64,000 nt of DNA from Cirrosporium novae-zelandiae (Eukaryota), in the NCBI GenBank assembly GCA_026023565.1, contig JAPETS010000024.1:372001-436000 (forward strand). The letters run 5' to 3'. Made by a program: the position numbers and the translations under genes. A model generated the notes under the pieces. It was not told the origin of the DNA. It searched no databases and saw only the letters and a program-made list of their open reading frames with translations. Within the stretch, counting starts at the first letter, position 1. Every line of letters begins with the position of its first letter. Positions 52,601 to 64,000 of the stretch are shown here, piece after piece.

Positions 52601-53371
52601 CAAATCCTGATGGTTCTCTTGCTGTACGAGGCCCAGCGGGTTCATTTGTCAGGTTTCTGATATCACGTAGAGATGAACCTGGAGCAATTCCCGATCGCGA
52701 GAGAAGATAGTGCCTATCAACACATTAACACTTGAGCACAGTTTAAAGGGTTCAACTTACGCCTTTGTATCTATTCCTTGTCTCTGTGACAGCTCTGTTT
52801 TAGTTCCATGTCCCCCCAGCTCTCTTGCTCTCTTTGTAATGTCTCCTAGTCCAAATTCCAAGCTTGGAATTGCTCCAAACGTATCGTCTGCGTTTTCAAC
52901 CTTGTTGCGTTTTCTGCCTCGTTCAAGCAAGCTTTCAAAGAAGGCAGTCTGTGTAGAATTCCTGACTTGCTGTCCATTCTGCTGGTTTGGTGGTGGTTCA
53001 TTTCCAGCCCATCCAACACCTAATTCAGTTGGGGGTGGTAGATTCTGTTGGTTCGTTGCTGTGTTCCCAAAAAGGGACGGTACATTGGTATTCGTCGTAC
53101 TGTTGCCGAAAAGTTTTGTCGCCGTCGCTGGCGCTGGAGTATTGCCAAAGAGACTGGGTTTGGGGGTAGACCCAAATAGTGACGGTTGATTCTGCGCCTG
53201 GTTCTGCGCTTGGTTCTGTGCCTGATTCTGTGGTTGAGTATTGCCGAATAGAGATGCAGGTGTAGATGTAGATGTATTGGGGTTACCACCACCAAACAAG
53301 CTTGGTTGGGAATTTGAAGTGCTAGTATTGCCAAACAAGCTGGGAGCTTGGGATTTTTGTTGTCCAAACAT
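49604..53371 (-). CDS. NIC96: Nucleoporin Nic96/Nup93 with N-terminal SLFG repeats (4 exons)
   Basis: MFGQQKSQAPSLFG..., PSLEFGLGDI, GSRKFLEKQF, WALIFYLLRCG, DPYRMACYKIIGRC, EDWTWLQF, AVHFAISLAYYGLL, LETREFAQLLGDI. Introns at about 52715-52760, 51837-52031 and 50674-50842. Confidence 0.95.
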
Positions 53372-53658
53372 TTTGGTGATAATTATAACATGGAAGGAAT
53401 AGAAAAACGGATCAAAGTAGTTTTTATTTTTATTTTTCGTGATTGGCCACCAACAAGCTTGTCGCAAAAGGCGGAGAGCTACAAGTAGACAATACTAAAA
53501 GTAGGCATGTAGGGTTTGATTCAGAATTCAGATAGACTCTCCCGGACGTGTTTTCCTGCTAATTATTCGTTGCTATCCTTGTTCGCGTGTTGACTTGACA
53601 CTTTTCGCTTCAGATGTCCAGAGAGACCCAGAGAGACCAAATCACCCTCACCTACACC

Positions 53659-53712
53659 CACTGCCACTGCCACTGCCACTGCCACTGCCACTGCCACTGC
53701 CACTACCACTAC
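53659..53712. repeat. (CACTGC)n/(CACTAC)n hexanucleotide microsatellite in the NIC96-YIP1 divergent region
   Basis: Direct reading of the sequence. Confidence 0.85.
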
Positions 53713-54147
53713 CACTTACTACTACCACATCTGTTCCTACGATATCTGTTTTCTTCTTTATTGATCTTCATTGACCTTTCATTCTCAGTTTCATTCTCAG
53801 TTTGGAACATTAAGCTGTCCTTACTGTTTGATTCCATTTGTATCTAATTGGTGCCTGATTACCTCACCTCCGTTCCCCGACAGCTTTCCATCCGAACACA
53901 ATTATATCGATTGCCCTACGCATTATTTTATCCTTATACCACTCTTCTACCTACCCGAGTCTTTATATCTATAACGACAATCAAGTACCACCAGCTTCTC
54001 AACCACTAGATCTCGCTTTTGTTTCTTGACTTTCCTGAAACAACGTGTTCATTTAGCTCCAAACCATCCTCTAGGGAACTACTCTCCTATACACTTGAAT
54101 TCGGGGGCCAGGTCAGAGATACTAGAACCACATATCCATTGGCCATC

Positions 54148-55127
54148 ATGGCTCAATACTATCAACAACCCTATGGCAGTCAAGCTGCTCAACAACTAAA
54201 CTTCTACCCATCAACTTACGCCGCTGGGGGCGTTTCTGGACACACAACTCCTGCACAGATTTATGGCGGTTATGGATCTCCCAGTGCGGGGGCAAGCGCA
54301 TATCCAGCTGCAGGTTTTAATAGCGGATTCAGTGCACAACCAGGAGTTTCTGGGCGGATGGGGGAGCAGGGTGGTCTCAGGACCGGCTGGCTTGCTGCAT
54401 TTGGCACAGAGGGTTATGAGGGTGAACCGCCGCTATTGGAGGAATTAGGGATAAATTTTCAGCATATCCGTGGCAAGGTAAGAATTGGGGACATTTTTTT
54501 TGGTTCATCATTATACCATTCCATCTACCTTGGAACAGCTAGCTAACTCTCCTTAATCAGACCCTCGCCGTCCTTAATCCCCTTGCTCGTATTGATCAAC
54601 ATATAATGGACGATTCCGACCTCGCAGGTCCCATCCTCTTCTTCATGCTATTTGGCACATTCCTCCTCTTCTCGGGAAAGCTTCACTTTGGCTACATATA
54701 CGGTCTCGCGCTTCTCGGCTGTACATGCCTCTGGGGCATCCTCTCCCTTATGTCTCCTCCTGTCGATCCAGTTTCTGCTGCAGATGCTCACGATCACCCC
54801 CACACACCTAGTACATCTTCCTTGTCTTCGATTCTGACATTCGCGCGGTCAAGCAGTGTACTAGGCTACTGCCTACTGCCATTAGTACTGACGAGTTTGA
54901 TTGGAGTGCTTGTACCCATGGATACAATGTTTGGATACATCTTGACATCGGTGGCGATTGGATGGTGCACCTATAGTAGCAGCGCAATGTTTTGCGCCGT
55001 TGGACGTATGAGGGAAATGAGAGCCCTGGTCGCATATCCTCTGGCATTATTCTATGTGGGATTCGGAATTATGGGAATCTTCTCAAGCCGGGGGAGCGGA
55101 CAGTTCACAAAAGTAGCTGGTAGCTAA
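54148..55127 (+). CDS. YIP1: Yip1-family ER-Golgi membrane protein (2 exons)
   Basis: EPPLLEELGINFQHI, MDDSDLAGPILF, GKLHFGYIYG, SVLGYCLLP, LVAYPLALFY. Intron 54478-54560. Confidence 0.95.
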
Positions 55128-56105
55128 GACATTTATTTGATGGCAATTTCCAGAAACTCAGAAAGGTATATCCGGGGTGCTAAGGACATGATTATTTCCG
55201 GAACTACCAATAAATACCATGAACATTCCAGGTATAATTGGCAACGTGGTAATCATATATGAATGACGCTCCCCAGCATATAGGAATACATTATGGGGGG
55301 GTATTGATGATGATGAACAGGAACAAGAATAGGAACGGGAACAGGAACGGAAACAGGAACCATTAGGGGTAGTGATGATGAAGAATGAGGTCGACTCACT
55401 AACAAACTAAACTAAAAAAAAAAGAAGAAAATACTTAAACAATATATAGTAATCTATAACTTTTAACGATCTGATGCACCTTTTGCTATTCCCGTTCTCT
55501 GTGTATATATGCAAATAGACACAATACCCATTCTACCGTGAGAAAGAAAAAGGAAAAGAAAACCCGAATCCAAATCCACCATGCCGGGATAGAAGAACGG
55601 CTATGATGGTCATGACACAGTACCACATAGATACCCGAACTCCACTCCCGCCCGCTCGTGGGGGGGGGGGGGATTGGGGGCGTGGACAATACGGTACACA
55701 GCACAGTAAAGTTAACAATACACACAACACACACAATCCAGTCCCAGTTCTAGTCCCAGTCCCGTAGCCGTAGCCGTAGCCCGTAGCTCGTAACCGTCCG
55801 CGTGTACGCAAGTCAAAAAAACAAAATATCCCGACTCCAACATCCGCGATCCCCATAATTTTACCCCGCAATCGGGATTTGAATAGGATGGATATGGATG
55901 GGTAAACAATAACCAGAGCATTCAAGGGAATAGATAGACAAGGGATAGCATAGCATATATCAATGACATATTTCCCACAATACATACATATGTATATATA
56001 AACAAAACAAAAAAATAAATACCCAATTCCAATTCCTTTGCATATTGGATTTGGTTTCTAACATTATTTTCATATATATATATACATTTCGAACCCCCCA
56101 CCATC

Positions 56106-57848
56106 ATGTCCACCCCCACATCAAGCCCCCCCCTCCCCCAACAACCCAAATTCTCAGACCTCCCTCTGGATAAAGAAGGCGGGAAATGGAATGCCTGGGG
56201 GCTTTATGGGAAGAAAGATGAGTTGGGCATGTTGAGGAGGTTGACGGATCGGAAGGTGGTGGAGAGTGCGAGGGAGGAGATTAGGACGGGTGTTAGGTGA
56301 GAAAGATATTTTTCTTGTTTTTTTGGGGGGGGGGGGGGGTTATAAGGGAGGTTTTTTTTGATTGATTTTTTTTGGTAGGGGAGTATAGGAGTTGGAGTGA
56401 ATATGAACCACCATAGTTTTTTTTTTTGGTTATATTAAATAACCTCTTCATGATCTGTGGGGTTGGCTACGTTCATTTCATTTGATTGTTTGATTGAGCA
56501 AAGGCATATATACATGCGTGAAGAAGAAGAAGAAGAAGATGCTGGTTTATATCACATTCAACACATATCCCTCACGCATCTACTCCTCACGTCATTCATT
56601 CCGTTATCAGAACTTCAAAACATTGTTATTGTATCATATCATGGACCTAACCACCCCCCACCCCCAACAGAATTTCCCTAAATTGGCCCCTCGACGCCCA
56701 AGGCACCCGCCCCCTCTTCAGCCGCCAAGCCTTCCACAAACACGTCTACCAGAAGCCCCCGCGGATCGTGCACGACGACGTGTGGACCTTCAATACGCAA
56801 AGCAGCAGCCAGTGGGACGGGCTCCGGCATTTCGGGTATCAGAAGTTGGGGAAGTTTTATAATGGGGTTACCGTTGAGGAGATCTCCGGGGAAGGAGCGA
56901 CGAATGTTAATGGGATTCATGGTAGGTTGTTTAAATAATCAATCAGTCATACGGGAAGGAATATCCTATATTTGTTTTTGTTTTTGTTTTTGAATAGCTA
57001 GCAATATTTAAAGGCTTTTCTGCTACTACTGCAGGATTGATCCCCCCTTTTTCCGACATGCACGCACATACACACACACGCTAACATATATAGTCATGGC
57101 GGAAAAGGGAATCGTTGGCAGGGCCATCCTGCTTGATTTCCATAGTTGGCGTATTGCAAACAACATTGCCTACGAGCCTTTCAAGACGGGTTCAATTCCA
57201 CTCAAATATCTCAAGGCAACCGCCGAGGCACAAGGGACGGAGATCAAATTTGGTGATATTTGCCTTATTCGGTCAGGTGAGAAATTCTGCATTTGATGAC
57301 GCAGACACTTTTTTTTTTCATAAAGTAAAGATGTTGATAAATTGTTTACAGGTTTCACGGTTGCACATAGTAAGCTGACAGCAGATGATATCGAGGTTGA
57401 GGCGGCCAAAGTCCCACCAGAAGTTTCTGGTGTAGAACAGAGCGAAGAGATGATTCAATGGATTTGGGAGAACTTCTCAGCTATAGGAGGAGATCAACCA
57501 TCGCTTGAATGTTGGCGTAAGTTCTTCCTTCCGAAAAGCACGAGACAAATAAACTATCCATGGAAAGGCGAGGAGATTTACTGACCAATTTGTAGCAACA
57601 CAGAAGGACTGGTCTCTTCATGAGGTACTTTTGGCAGGATGGGGCTGTCCTATCGGAGAACTCTTCGATCTTGAACTGCTTGCGAGGCACTGTAAAGAAG
57701 TAAATCGATGGTCCTTCTTTCTTGCAAGTGAACCTTGCAATGTTCCGGGCGGTGTAGCTAGGTATACCAATTCCCGTTCTTGGTGAAATGTAACGTTAAC
57801 GAACTGACTGGCAACAACAGTCCTCCAAATATTATTGCAATCTTCTAG
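56106..57848 (+). CDS. Putative cyclase / kynurenine formamidase-like metal-dependent hydrolase (6 exons)
   Basis: NAWGLYGKKDELGML, VHDDVWTFNTQSSSQWDGLRHFGY, GIVGRAILLDF, GDICLIRSG, LHEVLLAGWGCPIGELFDLE, NVPGGVASPPNIIAIF*. Confidence 0.88.
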
Positions 57849-57965
57849 CCTTGCATATTAATGCAACTCCATCGGTCTGTTCTTAATTCAATAGCCATAC
57901 AAAATTAGTGCTAGGAAGCTGGGACAGCTGAGGGAGACCAACTATTCCCTCCTTGTGGAAACAGG

Positions 57966-59654
57966 TCAAGACGTCGATTGGACTCTGCCACACATAATCA
58001 CGTCTTCTCCTATCGGCTGCCATTTAACATCGTGAAAGCGTACTGCGGGTCTTGGCCTGCCCGCTTGATCTACCCTTCGGTCAGGGCTCACAAATACACC
58101 ACCTCGTCCGAGATAGGTTGGTGCGATGGTGACAATCACAGATCCAATAAATGAAGAATACTCCTGATTGAGGAGCTCGTTAATCACATTCCCACCACCT
58201 TCAATCATTACGCTTCGTATCCCTTCGTTAGCAAGGGCAAGCAGAATAGCTTCCCATCGTAGTCGCCAGTGTAAATTATAGTCATCCAGTCGAACATAAT
58301 CTCCTCCGTACTTGCGTAGCATCGTTACCTTTTCAGGCGCTACAAATGATCCCGGAGATATAATAATCCATGGTGCTCGGCCTTTCCCTTCAGCAGCAAT
58401 CTTAAGTATTCGACTTTCCGGAGTAATATTCCACCTTCCTAAGGGATCGATTACCACTGGCCGAGGTTGTCCTTCCCAGCCGAACCCACCATACCCGGAA
58501 ACATTTTCAAGCCGACAGTTTAGCCCAGGATCATCAGCCACTGCCGTGCCAACCCCGACCAAGATGGCATCATGCTTCGATCGTAGATAGTGTGTCATTA
58601 GTTTCGATTCCTTCCCGGATAAAATAGTTTGGACTCCTGGCGCTAAGGAGAGGGAAGAGTCCATTGACATTGCATATGTCAATGTTACAAAAGGTAACCT
58701 ATTAGTATGTTCTTCAGGTTTCGGTAGATACGGATCTAAGAAATCCAGGGGAAAATCGGGCATTCGTAGGATGTCCGGTGGAAGCTCAACGCCTTGTGCA
58801 GCATCCTCCAGTTGAGCTATCGCATCATTATCCGCTGGTGTTGGCCCTTTGTAATTTGGGATCTTGACGATACGTTGGCCGTTCAAGAATTCGTATCCGT
58901 CGTGAGGTACAAGCTGGACTTCAGGATGAGCTGCGCGCCAATGTTGGGATGTATTACGGATATCCATGGTGGTCATAAACTTTCCTCCTGCATCGTCAAG
59001 CTTGGTCCATTGTTCGCGCATGACGGTATACACGGATGAAGGTAGATAGCCCTTCATCGACTCCTTCCTAGCAATACCCATGACAACGGAATTGCGCTTA
59101 ATCTTGTCAATATGGTCAAGATCATGGGAATGAGTCTCCCCGTCTCCTACGAGTCGAGTAATCAAATAATAAGGGTAAACATGATCGAATCGCTGAACCT
59201 TGATTTTCATCTGACATGTCCCACCTTCTCTTGTCTTTTTCCGTCGCAGCGGCTGTCTTTCTGAACCGTCTTTGGACGGCTCTCGATGCTTGGTAGTTGG
59301 GCGCCGCAAGCGACACATATAGTATTCTGTTGAAACCTCCGGCTGTCCCTCTGTGCTCCTGGCCGACCTCGACCTAACCCATATGTTGTCGACATAAGGC
59401 CAGTATTTTTCCCATTCTTCCCAACGGATTTCAACCTTATCTTTTATCTCAAATAATTTCTGCCGAATAGCTCTAAGGTCGGATGGATTGTTGAATAGTG
59501 GAGCATTGTCTTTTGGCAGTGTGGCTAGATCGTTTGAACCGTTTGCAGGTGGTGTGTGATCACTGCCTATTTCGCTTGGCGTGCCGTCTACATCTTCCAT
59601 TATTTGGTCGATGGAGGCAGGCTCCTCTGAGCTTGTGGTAGCTCGTCCGTCCAT
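57966..59654 (-). CDS. RIB7: Fusion protein: N-terminal WRKY-GCM1/MULE-like Zn-binding domain + RibD_C (RIB7-type riboflavin pyrimidine reductase)
   Basis: Single 562-aa ORF. From about aa 321: PFVTLTYAMSMDS...THYLRSKHDAILVGVGTAVADDPGLNCR...SVMIEGGG...TIAPTYLG. N-terminal part has YYMCRL...TCQMKIKV...HSH. The reductase call is firm; the N-terminal domain call is inferred. Confidence 0.85.
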   Translation of the reverse strand: MDGRATTSSEEPASIDQIMEDVDGTPSEIGSDHTPPANGSNDLATLPKDNAPLFNNPSDLRAIRQKLFEIKDKVEIRWEEWEKYWPYVDNIWVRSRSARSTEGQPEVSTEYYMCRLRRPTTKHREPSKDGSERQPLRRKKTREGGTCQMKIKVQRFDHVYPYYLITRLVGDGETHSHDLDHIDKIKRNSVVMGIARKESMKGYLPSSVYTVMREQWTKLDDAGGKFMTTMDIRNTSQHWRAAHPEVQLVPHDGYEFLNGQRIVKIPNYKGPTPADNDAIAQLEDAAQGVELPPDILRMPDFPLDFLDPYLPKPEEHTNRLPFVTLTYAMSMDSSLSLAPGVQTILSGKESKLMTHYLRSKHDAILVGVGTAVADDPGLNCRLENVSGYGGFGWEGQPRPVVIDPLGRWNITPESRILKIAAEGKGRAPWIIISPGSFVAPEKVTMLRKYGGDYVRLDDYNLHWRLRWEAILLALANEGIRSVMIEGGGNVINELLNQEYSSFIGSVIVTIAPTYLGRGGVFVSPDRRVDQAGRPRPAVRFHDVKWQPIGEDVIMCGRVQSTS

Positions 59655-60236
59655 TGTGAAGGTAAAAATGAGTGTTGGAATTTCTCAGTGTATCGAGAAA
59701 TGCTTAGACTGTAGTGTGGTGTTTGTAGTAGTTCGGTGGTGTCGAAATGCGTTTAGTATGGACGAATCATCAATCAATGAAGGTCGATGGGTCGATGCCC
59801 CTTCCAATGGCTTGGGATCTCATGTTCTCTTCGTTTACCTCGGTCAGGATTCCCCGAATATGGGCGGTGCTGAAAGATCAAAAGAGAATAGTGGTATGAC
59901 CTCTGCTGAGGGACTTTCCATGTGTTTGATTTCAACATCAAATCACGCTAGTCAGGCTAATCAGGCTAATGCGCCTAATTTCAGCCTTACCCTTAGGACA
60001 ACTGCCGCAATCACGACTAAGCGCGTTACATCCCTCATTTCTAGGTGACCACCCCAGCTTTCAAAACTGGAGGCGTCATTATCACTTCTGTGCAAGGACC
60101 ACCAAGTAGTCTTTCATCAATTCGAATCTTTCATGTCTTCTAGTCCTTTTCCATTTGCTAACAACTGAGCCATGAAAGGTCTAACCTTCTTTAATTCTTC
60201 TTAAATCTCCTCCACTCTCCTTTTAAAGAGCCCGCC

Positions 60237-63200
60237 ATGGTAAGACTCCAGGCTGAATCCGTATCAAATCAACTTGTCCGCAAAAGAAAGCATGAGAGAT
60301 CTCCTGGAAGCCCGGTAACTTCGGATGTATTGACAACTACCACAACAGTGCCAACCAAGGATCATGATGGAGGCAAAAAGCCTCGGAGGGCACCCAAAAA
60401 CGTGTCCGAGAAATCTCACCCTACATCAAAGCATAGTACTCCTTCCTCGGTCGAATCGACTATTTCATGGCCTGACCATTTCAAAGCTCTCGATAAAACT
60501 CATCGAGCCCTCAATCTAGTATATACATTCTGCTGTACACGGAAACATGTCGCTACAACCTTTGAGACCATAAAATCAGCCGTCGAAGGGAATATCAAGC
60601 GAAAGCTTTTGATTGAAGAAGTGGCAGAGATAAAATCATTGGTTCCAAACTCCATTAATTTTGTATACGTCTCGGAAGCTATGCTTCAAGTATCTGTCCT
60701 AGGGGCAGATGCTGAAAAGCCAAATGGAAGGAAGAGGCAGTCATCCTCCTTTGACCTCGATAAACCTCAAGCAGGAGAAGGCTGCAACAATGTAGAGGAT
60801 GATAAAGAAGTACTCCTATTTGAGTTTATAGACGGAGACCTAAAACGTCAAGTCGTGCATCCTAAGACAGGTGAACCCACGAAGCCTACCCGAAAGCTGA
60901 AGAACGAGGATCTGAAAATACCTGTATATAACCAAAAGCAGATGTTGAAACTTATCGAGAAAAGAAATGCCAAGTTTGCTTCTGCGGTAAACGCATTTCT
61001 CAACAAATGCACTTTGGATCATGTTGACCCTATAGAGAGATTGAAAACAGCTGTTGAAGGATTTCTCCCTATTCCTACAAAAAGCAGACAGAATACTCCA
61101 GCACCTATACAAACCATAGGTCCTCCACCAATCATACCTAAGGAGCGCAAGGAAATTTCCGAAATTCTTTCTGAAATCAAGTCAATGGAATGGTATTGTA
61201 ACCAAATTGTTCCAGATGGACATCGTGTCTTTGACCCTCAGCCATCAATATATGGTGAATTGAAGTTCCAGCTATCCCAGAATATTGTCGATGCTTTATA
61301 CAACACCCGAAGTATTACGCAGCTCTATTCTCATCAGGCCGAAGCTATCAATCACCTGTACGATGGCAGTAATGTTATTGTGGCTACATCAACGAGTTCA
61401 GGAAAGTCGCTAATATATCAGATCCCAATGTTGAATGAGCTCGAGCATGATCCTAACAGCCGTGGCATGTACATCTTCCCCACAAAAGCACTTGCCCAAG
61501 ATCAGCGCCGTAGCATGAAAGATATGCTTCGCTTTATGCGCGGACTTGAAAATACGCTTGTAGAGACGTTTGATGGAGACACCCCAATGCAAGACCGTAA
61601 CCTTATTAGGGAAGAAGCAAGAATTATCTTCACCAATCCAGATATGCTTCATATTACAATTTTACCTCACGAAGATAAATGGAGAACTTTCCTACAAAAT
61701 TTACGATTCGTTGTTGTCGATGAACTTCATGTTTATAACAGTATTTTTGGATCCCACGTTGCCATGATCATGCGACGTCTTAGAAGGATTTGTGCAGCAT
61801 TAGGAAATCGGCGCATCAGATTCATATCATGCTCAGCAACAATGGCGAATCCAGAAGAGCACATGAAGACTATTTTTGGCATCGAAGATGTTCGTTTAGT
61901 TGATTTCGACGGTTCTCCGTCGGGTAGGAAGGAGTTTATTTGCTGGAATACGCCGTTTAAAGATCCAAGTGATCCCTCATCCGGCAGAGGAGATGCCATG
62001 GCAGAGGCTGCCAGACTGTTCTGTCAACTGATTCTACGTGGCGTGAGGGTCATAGCATTCTGCAGAGTCAGAAAACAGTGTGAACTTCTAATTGGTGCCG
62101 TGAAAAATGAACTCGTGTGTTTAGGGCGTCCAGAGGTAATGAGCAGAGTTATGGGTTATAGAGGTGGTTATAGCGCACAAGACCGACGGAATATTGAAAA
62201 GGAGATGTTCGAAGAGAAGCTCGTAGGCATCGTCGCTACAAGTGCTCTAGAGTTGGGCGTTGATATTGGTTCTCTTGACGCTGTCATTACGTGCGGTTTT
62301 CCTTACAGTATCGCCAACTTGCGTCAGCAAAGTGGACGTGCTGGACGAAGAAATAAGGATTCCTTATCAGTTCTAGTTGGTGATTCGTTCCCTACAGATC
62401 AATATTATATGAATAATCCCGACGAAATCTTCACCCAACCAAACTGCGAACTTCAGGTCGATTTGGAGAATATTATGGTACTTGAGGGGCATGTTCAGTG
62501 CGCTGCATTTGAAATGCCAATCAAGCCAGATGAGGACGAGGCATATTTTGGAAGGCAATTGCCAAAGGTAGCGGAGGAGCGACTGACTAAAGACCCACTT
62601 GGGTTTTATCACTGCAACGAGCGTTTCCGACCATTCCCCTCTAGATGTGTTTCCATTCGCGACACTGAAGATGGACATTTCGCAGTTGTTGATATTACGA
62701 ATGGACGGAACATTGTTCTGGAAGAAGTAGAACCGTCACGCTCATTTTTCACAATATACGAAGGCGGTATATTTCTTCACCAGGGGAATACCTATCTCGT
62801 AAAGGAGCTTAATCTAGATACTAAGATTGCCAAGGTTGAGCTTGTTAAGGTTGACTGGACAACTCAACAGCGGGATTTCACAGATGTTGATCCCATTGGA
62901 ACAGAAGCAATACGACGCATACCAAAGACTCTGTCAAGGGCTTTCTTCGGGGCTATCAGAATCCGAATGGTGGTTTTCGGCTTCTTCAAGATGGACAAGA
63001 AGCGTCGAATTCTTGATGCTGTTGAAGTGGACAACCCACCAATAGAGATATACAGTAAAGGAATGTGGCTGGATGTTCCGAAATCAGCGCTTGATATTTT
63101 AAATTCGAGACAACTCAACATGGCTGCTGCAATTCATGCTGCTGAGCATGCGGTACTGAGCCTAATGCCAAACTTTGTGATTTCGATGCCTGGTGACGTC

Positions 63201-63713
63201 AGAACCGAGTGCAAGAATCCGAAGAAAGAATTTGCGAAAAGAGAAACGTCTCGAAAACGACCAGCTCGTTTGACTTTTTACGATGCCAAAGGGGGCCCAA
63301 GTGGTGCCGGAATAGCACAGAAGGCCTTTGAATTCGTAGATCTCCTTCTGAACCAAGCGGTAGAACGAGTAATTGGATGTCACTGTCAGGGAGGTTGTAT
63401 TGAATGTGTCTGCTCTGAAAGATGTAATGAGGCAAATGCAGTATTAAGCAAAGCAGGTGCAGAGGTGATATTGAAAAGCTTATTGAACATTGAGATCGAC
63501 ATCGAGTCGTTGCCCATGGGACCAGAAGAATCTGCACCAGCTGGGATCGAGACTATTGTTGCAGCCACGGAAATAGCCCCAGCAATAGGATTGGTAGTTC
63601 CAATATTTGACAGTGGCAGGAATTCGAGCGTTCCGCAGAAGCATTCTGTTGGTCAAGCAGACGCAGGAGACAATGAAGTGGACATCAAGATAGATAGAAG
63701 TGAACTAACTTAG
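60237..63713 (+). CDS. HRQ1: RecQ4-like DEAH helicase Hrq1 with C-terminal Cys4 (DUF1998) domain
   Basis: LYSHQAEAI, TSTSSGKS, PTKALAQDQ, VVVDELH, SCSAT, YRGGY, ATSALELGVDIG, QQSGRAGRR, AIHAAEHA, CHCQGGCIEC. Intronless. Confidence 0.96.
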   Translation: MVRLQAESVSNQLVRKRKHERSPGSPVTSDVLTTTTTVPTKDHDGGKKPRRAPKNVSEKSHPTSKHSTPSSVESTISWPDHFKALDKTHRALNLVYTFCCTRKHVATTFETIKSAVEGNIKRKLLIEEVAEIKSLVPNSINFVYVSEAMLQVSVLGADAEKPNGRKRQSSSFDLDKPQAGEGCNNVEDDKEVLLFEFIDGDLKRQVVHPKTGEPTKPTRKLKNEDLKIPVYNQKQMLKLIEKRNAKFASAVNAFLNKCTLDHVDPIERLKTAVEGFLPIPTKSRQNTPAPIQTIGPPPIIPKERKEISEILSEIKSMEWYCNQIVPDGHRVFDPQPSIYGELKFQLSQNIVDALYNTRSITQLYSHQAEAINHLYDGSNVIVATSTSSGKSLIYQIPMLNELEHDPNSRGMYIFPTKALAQDQRRSMKDMLRFMRGLENTLVETFDGDTPMQDRNLIREEARIIFTNPDMLHITILPHEDKWRTFLQNLRFVVVDELHVYNSIFGSHVAMIMRRLRRICAALGNRRIRFISCSATMANPEEHMKTIFGIEDVRLVDFDGSPSGRKEFICWNTPFKDPSDPSSGRGDAMAEAARLFCQLILRGVRVIAFCRVRKQCELLIGAVKNELVCLGRPEVMSRVMGYRGGYSAQDRRNIEKEMFEEKLVGIVATSALELGVDIGSLDAVITCGFPYSIANLRQQSGRAGRRNKDSLSVLVGDSFPTDQYYMNNPDEIFTQPNCELQVDLENIMVLEGHVQCAAFEMPIKPDEDEAYFGRQLPKVAEERLTKDPLGFYHCNERFRPFPSRCVSIRDTEDGHFAVVDITNGRNIVLEEVEPSRSFFTIYEGGIFLHQGNTYLVKELNLDTKIAKVELVKVDWTTQQRDFTDVDPIGTEAIRRIPKTLSRAFFGAIRIRMVVFGFFKMDKKRRILDAVEVDNPPIEIYSKGMWLDVPKSALDILNSRQLNMAAAIHAAEHAVLSLMPNFVISMPGDVRTECKNPKKEFAKRETSRKRPARLTFYDAKGGPSGAGIAQKAFEFVDLLLNQAVERVIGCHCQGGCIECVCSERCNEANAVLSKAGAEVILKSLLNIEIDIESLPMGPEESAPAGIETIVAATEIAPAIGLVVPIFDSGRNSSVPQKHSVGQADAGDNEVDIKIDRSELT

Positions 63714-64000
63714 TCTACGACCGTTTGTTATCTTCACGGTCTAGGACCTGAAGTTTGAATAATACCATAGTAGGGTTTAATTGATACCCCTAATGCAGCA
63801 TGCACTCTAATATCTACTTTGGTCAGAAGATTAGTAGATAATGTTCCTGATGTAAAAACTATCAACTCTGGGCCTATTCATCCCCTCCTCGAGATCATAC
63901 GAGCTATCGGCATTTTTCCTTTCGTCCAGCATCCAGAGCTTTACGGAATGTTTTATGTACCGAGAAGGAGAAGGTTTTAGTGGTGAAAACTTCCGGAAGA

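Noticed and set aside
52990..53371. SLFG repeats on Nic96 as a novel fusion
   Set aside because: To my knowledge, FG-like N-termini are usual for filamentous-fungal Nic96.
59581..60048. 155-aa plus-strand ORF
   Set aside because: GTG start, overlaps the RIB7-fusion start antisense in a divergent promoter, no domain.

Overview
Genomic DNA from a filamentous ascomycete (Pezizomycotina-type genes, short GT-AG introns with CTAAC/CTGAC branch points, many microsatellites and homopolymer runs). Mostly housekeeping genes: ARP8 (5' part), ARL1, a UapA/UapC-type purine permease, a MOSC/mARC protein, a RAD55-like RecA paralogue, creA, ZNG1/CobW, noxR, an intron-containing tRNA-Gly(TCC), OLE1, RCC1, NIC96, YIP1, a cyclase-family hydrolase and HRQ1. 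Accessory content is an apparently intact NLR-like gene (NACHT plus about 19 tandem repeats) and a decayed FAD-monooxygenase pseudogene. The strongest novelty candidate is a single-exon ORF (57966-59654) fusing a Mutator/WRKY-GCM1-like C-C-H-H domain to a RIB7/RibD_C riboflavin reductase. Other candidates are a readthrough-like signal after the creA stop, long hairpins in NIC96 introns and an H/ACA-like element in an ARP8 intron. All calls come from reading the sequence and recalling motifs; no database searches or folding programs were run.
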